Origin: a candidate division WOR-3 bacterium
GTDB taxonomy: Bacteria > Hydrothermota > Tepidihabitantia > Tepidihabitantales > Tepidihabitantaceae
NCBI GenBank assembly: GCA_965649225.1
Contig: CBFGJX010000031.1
Location: 1-12,053, forward strand
Direction: 5' to 3'
Length of the DNA stretch: 12,053 nucleotides
Made by a program: the position numbers and the translations under genes. Every line of letters starts with the position of its first letter. Positions within the stretch are counted from its first letter, which is position 1. The notes under the pieces were generated by a model, which saw only the letters and a program-made list of their open reading frames with translations, had not been told where the DNA came from and ran no database searches. Shown here one piece after another: positions 1-4,959 of this stretch.

Positions 1-333
1 GTAGGGTGCGGCAACGAGGGCATCGGCGCCGAGTTCGTGCTGGGCGATGAACAAGAGTTTCAAAAGCCGGGTGACGCCGGGAATGCCCTCGCCGGTGCGG
101 CCGCTTTTTCCCGGCGCGGCCCAGAGCAGCAGCAGCAGATCGCTGCGCTGTAACCGCCCCACCGGTCGTCCCGCCCGCCAGTCTTCGAGCCGCTTTTTCA
201 GCCGCGCCAGTTCCGGCCCGGTGCGACGCTCGTTCAAGGTCTGCCAGGCCCGACTGGTGGTTTGCGCCGCAGCCGCCTCGAGCCAGCTTTGGGCCAGAGC
301 GAATTCACGCTCCAGTGCCGAATCAGTTTTCAC
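1..333 (-). CDS. Partial (3' end outside window) protein with an N-terminal helical extension and a YwgA/DUF4065 (Panacea/SocA)-like winged-helix motif
   Basis: Hand-translated, not in the ORF track. GTG at 333 is preceded by GGAGGTGGAGGAG (338-350) and the frame is open for 111 codons to the window edge: MKTDSALEREFALAQSWLEAAAAQ...RLQRSDLLLLLWAAPGKSGRTGEGIPGVTRLLKLLFIAQHELGADALVAAPY. It overlaps the end of the sigma gene by 11 bp. 'LLLL..I.G.TRL.KLLF..Q.E' resembles the N-terminal motif of YwgA/DUF4065-like proteins (family call from motif recall). Confidence 0.7.
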   Translation of the reverse strand, partial: MKTDSALEREFALAQSWLEAAAAQTTSRAWQTLNERRTGPELARLKKRLEDWRAGRPVGRLQRSDLLLLLWAAPGKSGRTGEGIPGVTRLLKLLFIAQHELGADALVAAPY

Positions 334-916
334 CGTTCTCCTCCACCTCCGGCCGGCGCCGGGTTTTTGCCTGCGTCAACTGCGCGCGCAGCCGTTCGAG
401 TCCGCGTTGCCGCCGGCGCTGGAGGGTGCGCCGGGTGATGCCGAGGGCACGGGCGGCTTCGTCTTCGTCCAGTCCGACCAGACAGCAGAGACTGACCGCA
501 TCGGCCTCGGCCCGGGGCAGCCGCGTCACCCGGCCCGCCAGCTCGACAAAGGCCCGGCGCTGCTCGGCCCGTTCGGCCGGGTCCTCGCCGCCCGGTTGCT
601 GATCAAAGTGTTCTTCGCTCATCGTCGTTTCCCGACTCCGGCGCCGCAGTATCCGGCCGACCCGCGAAAGACACAGCCGCACCAGCCAGGTCCCAAGCGA
701 GCTTTCGCCCCGGAACGATGCAATGTGCCGGGCCGCATCGGCAAAGGCTTCAATCGCGGCATCTTCGGCATCGGCAGCGCTGCCGAGTCGGGCCAGTGCC
801 ACCTTGTACAGCAGCGGCCAGTGGGTGTCGAAGAGCTGGCGGAACGCCCCCGGCCGGTCGGCCCGCAGGTCGGCGAGCAGGCGGGCATCGGCTTCGGCAC
901 CAGGCTGCTGGTTCAT
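323..916 (-). CDS. RNA polymerase sigma-70 factor, ECF subfamily
   Basis: 197 aa. Region 2 motifs AFRQLF..H...LY..A...LG...DAEDA..EAF and FRGESSLGTWL; region 4 motifs LP..E..AV.L..L.GL...EAA..LGI...T...R..RGL.RLR. No region 1.1 or 3. An in-frame stop just upstream fixes the ATG at 916. Confidence 0.93.
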   Translation of the reverse strand: MNQQPGAEADARLLADLRADRPGAFRQLFDTHWPLLYKVALARLGSAADAEDAAIEAFADAARHIASFRGESSLGTWLVRLCLSRVGRILRRRSRETTMSEEHFDQQPGGEDPAERAEQRRAFVELAGRVTRLPRAEADAVSLCCLVGLDEDEAARALGITRRTLQRRRQRGLERLRAQLTQAKTRRRPEVEENGEN

Positions 917-924
917 CCGGCTTC

Positions 925-952
925 ACGATAGGCACGCTGCCACACCGGTCAA
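925..952 (-). promoter_or_regulatory. Possible sigma70-type promoter giving a (near-)leaderless ECF sigma transcript
   Basis: Minus strand TTGACC (952-947), 16-nt spacer, TATCGT (930-925), then 8 nt to the ATG at 916. No Shine-Dalgarno lies before this ATG. Confidence 0.35.
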
Positions 953-1350
953 TAGCCGTCTGCGGCCAGCCGTTCGAGGTTCTGGCGCACCGTATCGGTG
1001 ACGGCGAAAACCAGTTCCGGCTTCAGCCCGCGCGCCAGCCATTTGCGCTGGACTATTGCCAGTTCCCGGGCCAGCGATGCGCCACTGTAGCGCCGCCAGC
1101 GGCCCCAGGTTTCCCGGCCCAGTGCCAGACAGGCGGGAATTGCCAGACTGCCGGCACCGGCCTGCCGGGCCGCGGTGCGGGCAAAGCCATCAACCAGAAT
1201 CAGCATTGCTGTTTCGGCCCGGAACCGCTCGGCCATCGCCCGGCGTTGGGCCCGGTCGGGCCAGTTGTGCCGGGAAAGTGCCTGCTGGTAGCGGCTGGTG
1301 CGACGCTCGGCTTCGGCCCGGTCAAAATCCGGAATGTCGTTGTCGTTCAA
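949..1350 (-). CDS. Small alpha-helical hypothetical protein, possibly SIRV2-fold (rudivirus/Adnaviria major capsid protein-like)
   Basis: 133 aa. TTG start preceded by AAGAGGTG RBS; co-oriented 32 bp upstream of the ECF gene. Arg-rich N-terminal half. C-terminal pattern F.....L..VD......RQAG........LALGRE......YSGASLA.E......KW..RGL.PE....V. The ORF is well supported; the fold call is inference. Confidence 0.8.
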   Translation of the reverse strand: MNDNDIPDFDRAEAERRTSRYQQALSRHNWPDRAQRRAMAERFRAETAMLILVDGFARTAARQAGAGSLAIPACLALGRETWGRWRRYSGASLARELAIVQRKWLARGLKPELVFAVTDTVRQNLERLAADGY

Positions 1351-1647
1351 AGCACACCTCTTTTCGGGTTCATCGCTGCATTAGAGCCCGGCCGGGCGCT
1401 GCCGGCGACATTTGCCCACAGCGGCAGAAGCGGCAGTTCCGCGGCCGGGCGCGTCAGGTTGATTTTTGTCGGTCACTTGCCGCAACGGCCGAACTCGGAT
1501 TGCTGTTTTTTGCCGTGTTTTCGGGCCGTTGCCGGACCGCCTCCCCGGCAGTGGCAGCAGCCGGCTGGACGCCGGCGCCGACCGGACTGCCCGGCCCGAT
1601 TTGAGGCCGACCGGCGCTGGCTTTGCCGGCAGAATCCAGTCCGGGTC

Positions 1648-1677
1648 TTGACTCTGGTCCGGGCCGTCGTTTAGTAT
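1648..1677 (+). promoter_or_regulatory. Putative sigma70 promoter for the HAF-repeat gene
   Basis: TTGACT (1648-1653), 18-nt spacer, TAGTAT (1672-1677), about 110 nt upstream of the TTG at 1790. RBS GGAGGT at 1780-1785. Confidence 0.45.
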
Positions 1678-1789
1678 CAGTCAGCCCGGCGGGACCGACA
1701 CGGCCGCAATCACCAGGGCGGTCAGCCAATGATGCGCCGGGTCGGCAACCGGTGCCGCTGCGACACACCGGGAAGAAACGGAGGTAGAC

Positions 1790-3112
1790 TTGCGCTGGAT
1801 TTTTGTCCTGATACTTTCGTTGTCCGCTGCTTCGGGCGCCGAGCTGGTCTGGCTCGGTTCGCTGAATACGCCCTATGCCGAGGCCCACGGTGTATCGGCC
1901 GATGGCAGCACTGTGGCGGGCTGGGCCGGAGTGCTGAGTCCGCACCAGGCCTGGCTCTGGACCCGCGACTCGGGGATGATGGTCATCGCGCCGCCGCTGC
2001 CCAACCGGGATTGCGAGGCCTGGGGGCTTTCGGCCGATGGCCGGGTGGTTGTCGGCACGACCTACCCGGACAGCAGCAGTAACTACCGCGGTTTCTGCTG
2101 GAGTCGCGACACGATGATTGTGCTGGGAACACTGGGCGGCCCGACGAGCTGGGCGTATGCGGCGTCGGCCGACGGCGGAGTCGTTGTCGGCGGTGCCGAG
2201 CATTCGTCGGGCTACAATCACGCCTTTCGCTGGCGGCCGGATTCCGGGATGCAGGACCTCGGCGTGCTGCCCGGTGCATTGCGCAGCGTTGCCCGGGCCG
2301 TGTCGCTGGATGGCGCAGTCGTTGTCGGCTGGTCCGGCTTTCCCGGCCAGATTCACCACGCCTTCCGCTGGGAAAATGACCGGATGACGGATATCCACGA
2401 TTCCCGCTTCGCTGCCAGCGAAGGCATCGGCATCTCCGGCGACGGGCTGGTGGCAGTCGGCGCGCTGGGGCCGCAGTCATTGACTCCCTGTCGGCCATTC
2501 CGCTGGACTGCGGCTGGCGGCATGGCCGACCTGGGAACGCTTGGTGGCGAGTGGGGCGAAGCCTGGGCCGCCAATCGCGATGGCTCGATTGTTGTCGGCT
2601 GGTCCGAAAGAACCGGCGGCAACTGGGGCGCATTCCGCTGGAGTGCAGCAAGGGGAATGGAAGACCTCAACACCGTCTATGCCGACCTGCTGAGCCCGGG
2701 CTCGGTGCTGCGGGACGCGATGGCCGTCTCGCCCGACGGCCGGTTTATCGCCGGCCACGGCTACAATGCTGAGTCCGGCCGGGACGAGGCGTATCTGCTC
2801 GATACCGGTTGTGCCGGTGTCGGCGCAGCGCCGGACCGGCCCGGCGCTGCCGAGGCAATCCGATTGAGCGGTCTGCCCAATCCATTCCGCCGAAGCACGA
2901 CCATCGGCTTCACGGTTCCGTTCCGGACCGCGGTCGAACTGGCGATCTATGACCTGAGCGGCAACCGGGTCGCCGAACTGCTGAACTCGCCGGTCGAACC
3001 CGGCAGCTACACCCTGCCGCTGAGTTCAGCCGGACTGGCCGGCGGAACATATCTCGCGGTGCTGAAAGCCGGCGGCACGACGGTCGGCACCCGGCTGATC
3101 AAACTGGACTAG
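1790..3112 (+). CDS. Secreted HAF-repeat (probable extracellular repeat) beta-propeller protein with T9SS type A sorting-like CTD
   Basis: TTG start with GGAGGT RBS. Signal peptide MRWIFVLILSLSAASGA. About 7-8 repeats of A.GVSADG.VVVG....HAFRW....GM.DLG.LGG. The CTD reads PNPFRRSTTIGFTVP...VELAIYDLSGNRVAELL...L.GGTYLAVLKAG...RLIKLD. Confidence 0.9.
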   Translation: MRWIFVLILSLSAASGAELVWLGSLNTPYAEAHGVSADGSTVAGWAGVLSPHQAWLWTRDSGMMVIAPPLPNRDCEAWGLSADGRVVVGTTYPDSSSNYRGFCWSRDTMIVLGTLGGPTSWAYAASADGGVVVGGAEHSSGYNHAFRWRPDSGMQDLGVLPGALRSVARAVSLDGAVVVGWSGFPGQIHHAFRWENDRMTDIHDSRFAASEGIGISGDGLVAVGALGPQSLTPCRPFRWTAAGGMADLGTLGGEWGEAWAANRDGSIVVGWSERTGGNWGAFRWSAARGMEDLNTVYADLLSPGSVLRDAMAVSPDGRFIAGHGYNAESGRDEAYLLDTGCAGVGAAPDRPGAAEAIRLSGLPNPFRRSTTIGFTVPFRTAVELAIYDLSGNRVAELLNSPVEPGSYTLPLSSAGLAGGTYLAVLKAGGTTVGTRLIKLD

Positions 3113-3164
3113 CCGCCGCGGGCAGTCGCGCCCGGTGGTTGACCGCCTTTCCGGCGATGCCGGG

Positions 3165-3211
3165 TTGACAATGAGAACTGGTGGTTCTAGTCTGATATAC
3201 CACTAGGAGGT
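3165..3211 (+). promoter_or_regulatory. Sigma70 promoter and RBS of the Asp-box protein gene
   Basis: Consensus TTGACA (3165-3170), 17-nt spacer, TAGTCT (3188-3193), in an AT-rich patch. AGGAGGT at 3205-3211 lies before the ATG at 3215. Confidence 0.7.
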
Positions 3212-3214
3212 AGT

Positions 3215-4891
3215 ATGTTACAAATGACGGTTCTGCTCGCGCTGGTACTGGCACCGGCACCGGCGAACGAAGCCAACGACCCGGAATTCGCCGTGGTCGA
3301 GCGGGCCACCCTGAGCGACGCGGGCGAGGGCATCGACACCCAGAACAACCCACCGGTCGGGATGACGCACTACACCGATGTTGTTGACAATTGCGCGCTG
3401 GCCCCGGCCCGCAGCGCCGAGCCGGTCAAGCCGCCGCAACCGTTCGAGCCCGACTGGGGCAACGACGTGCTCATCCACAGCGGCAGGCCGTTCCCGGGCG
3501 ACAAGGGCCGGCTGTCCATCGACCACGCCGCCAACGGCGACATCTATGTCGGCGTGATGAACTGGAACAACGCACCACAGGACACTTTCTGGGTATACCG
3601 CAGCACGGACGGCGGCACCAGCTGGCAGACATTCTCCATGTGCATCAACATCTCCGGCAACGACTCGATAATCGACGGCAAGATCCTCGTCGGGGCCGGC
3701 ACCAACCCGTGGGTGTACATGTTCGTGCACTACGCAACCTCGATCGGCGGGCTGTACTGCCGCAAGCTGCGCGCCGACGGGACCGGCAACGCCTGGCAGC
3801 TCGTCATCCGCGGCGACTCGGTGCGCGGGTTCGACGTGGACCGCAACATCGAAAGCCCGCCGGCGCTGTTTCTGACCTACTGGGAGAACCCGCCCAGCTA
3901 CTCCCGGCTGCGGCTGTTCGTATCGTTCGACGACGGCGCGACCTGGACCAACGGCCGGAACGTCCACACGTCGGCCACCACGCCGACATCGGTCTGCGCC
4001 GGCGGGGACGGCTATGTCTATCTGAGCTGGATTGACAACAATGCCACGCCGTGGGTCATGCGCTACACCAACAACCTGGTCAGCCCGAACTGGGTAATCA
4101 ACCACCCGGACAGCGTGGCCGGCGACTCCGTCTACCAGCCGTCGGTAGCCGCGGCGCGCACCGCACCGGGCACGAGCCAGGCGGCGTGGCTGCTGAACCG
4201 GCACAGGCACACCAACGGCAACTACGACCTGCACGTGTCATACTCCCGAAACGGCGGCGAGACCTGGACGACCGCGCCCTGGCCGCCGACCAACGACGTG
4301 CCCCGCACCGAGTGGGACATGCGCTGGCCGACCCTGCGCTATCCCTATGACTACGGAGTGCCGATGGTCGTGGCAACTGCGACGCTCTTCGGCGTGTTCG
4401 ACTCGGTGAAAACGGCGTACAGCCGCGTTTCGGCCCCGGATACGTGGCCGACCGCCGGCTACGTGGTCTGCAATGACCATGATGGTACCGGCGCGTTCCC
4501 AAGCGTGATTGACGCCCCGCAGTCGACCAATGGCCGGGCGATTGTCTACCGCCAGTACGGCAGCGACAAGGTTTGGACCGACTTCTTCGACAATCCGACC
4601 GCGGTCGCCGAACGGCCGGACCTGCCGCCTGCCCGGGCGCGGCTTGCGGTCCGGCCCAATCCGGCAGTCGGCAGGACGACGGTGCGTTACTCGCTGCCCG
4701 CGAGCGGACCGGTCAAGCTGGCGGTGTTTGACGTGACCGGCCGGCAGGTGGCGGAGCTGGTGTCAGGCACGATGGCCGCCGGCGGCCACTCGGTTGGCTG
4801 GAACAGCGCGACCGTGGAACCGGGCGTGTACCTGCTGCGGCTCGATGCTGCAGGCCAGTCCACGGGCTACCGGTTCGTGGTCGCCCGTTAG
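3215..4891 (+). CDS. Secreted BNR/Asp-box (sialidase-like fold) beta-propeller protein with T9SS type A sorting-like CTD
   Basis: Hydrophobic N-terminus MLQMTVLLALVLAPAPA. Three Asp-boxes: RSTDGGTSW, SFDDGATW, SRNGGETW. The CTD reads AVAE...VRPNPAVGRTTVRYSLP..GPVKLAVFDVTGRQVAELV.G...AG.H.V.W......PGVYLLRL...RFVVAR. Enzymatic activity is not supported from the sequence. Confidence 0.88.
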   Translation: MLQMTVLLALVLAPAPANEANDPEFAVVERATLSDAGEGIDTQNNPPVGMTHYTDVVDNCALAPARSAEPVKPPQPFEPDWGNDVLIHSGRPFPGDKGRLSIDHAANGDIYVGVMNWNNAPQDTFWVYRSTDGGTSWQTFSMCINISGNDSIIDGKILVGAGTNPWVYMFVHYATSIGGLYCRKLRADGTGNAWQLVIRGDSVRGFDVDRNIESPPALFLTYWENPPSYSRLRLFVSFDDGATWTNGRNVHTSATTPTSVCAGGDGYVYLSWIDNNATPWVMRYTNNLVSPNWVINHPDSVAGDSVYQPSVAAARTAPGTSQAAWLLNRHRHTNGNYDLHVSYSRNGGETWTTAPWPPTNDVPRTEWDMRWPTLRYPYDYGVPMVVATATLFGVFDSVKTAYSRVSAPDTWPTAGYVVCNDHDGTGAFPSVIDAPQSTNGRAIVYRQYGSDKVWTDFFDNPTAVAERPDLPPARARLAVRPNPAVGRTTVRYSLPASGPVKLAVFDVTGRQVAELVSGTMAAGGHSVGWNSATVEPGVYLLRLDAAGQSTGYRFVVAR

Positions 4892-4910
4892 CGACGGACT
4901 CAAATCAGCA

Positions 4911-4942
4911 AGGCGGCGGGCAGATGCCCGCCGCCTGCTTTG
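4911..4942. terminator. GC-rich hairpin between convergent genes; probable (bidirectional) intrinsic terminator
   Basis: Perfect inverted repeat AGGCGGCGGGCA (4911-4922) / TGCCCGCCGCCT (4925-4936), followed by GCTTTT on the + strand. It sits in the 68-bp gap between the stops at 4891 and 4960. Confidence 0.75.
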
Positions 4943-4959
4943 TGGCCGTAGCCGAGTCT

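Noticed and set aside
47..1674. Long plus-strand ORFs 47-931, 718-1674 and 1056-1604
   Set aside because: They are antisense shadows of the sigma gene and its neighbours: Arg/Pro/Ala-rich, with no recognisable motifs, as expected in high-GC DNA.
1..1789. Prophage or integrated virus around the capsid-like ORF
   Set aside because: No integrase, replication gene, att-like repeat, tRNA or obvious compositional shift is visible in the window, so a mobile element cannot be called from this sequence.
3174..3188. Canonical LexA (Cheo) SOS box
   Set aside because: The half-sites are separated by 5 nt rather than 4. Kept only as a generic palindrome.
1454..4234. Minus-strand ORFs 1454-2398, 1983-2651 and 3218-4234
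   Set aside because: They lie antisense to the well-supported HAF and Asp-box genes and are explained by codon bias leaving the opposite strand stop-poor.
3215..4891. Calling the Asp-box protein a sialidase (nanH)
   Set aside because: Asp-boxes are structural. No FRIP/YRIP motif or identifiable arginine triad is present, so only the fold is supported.
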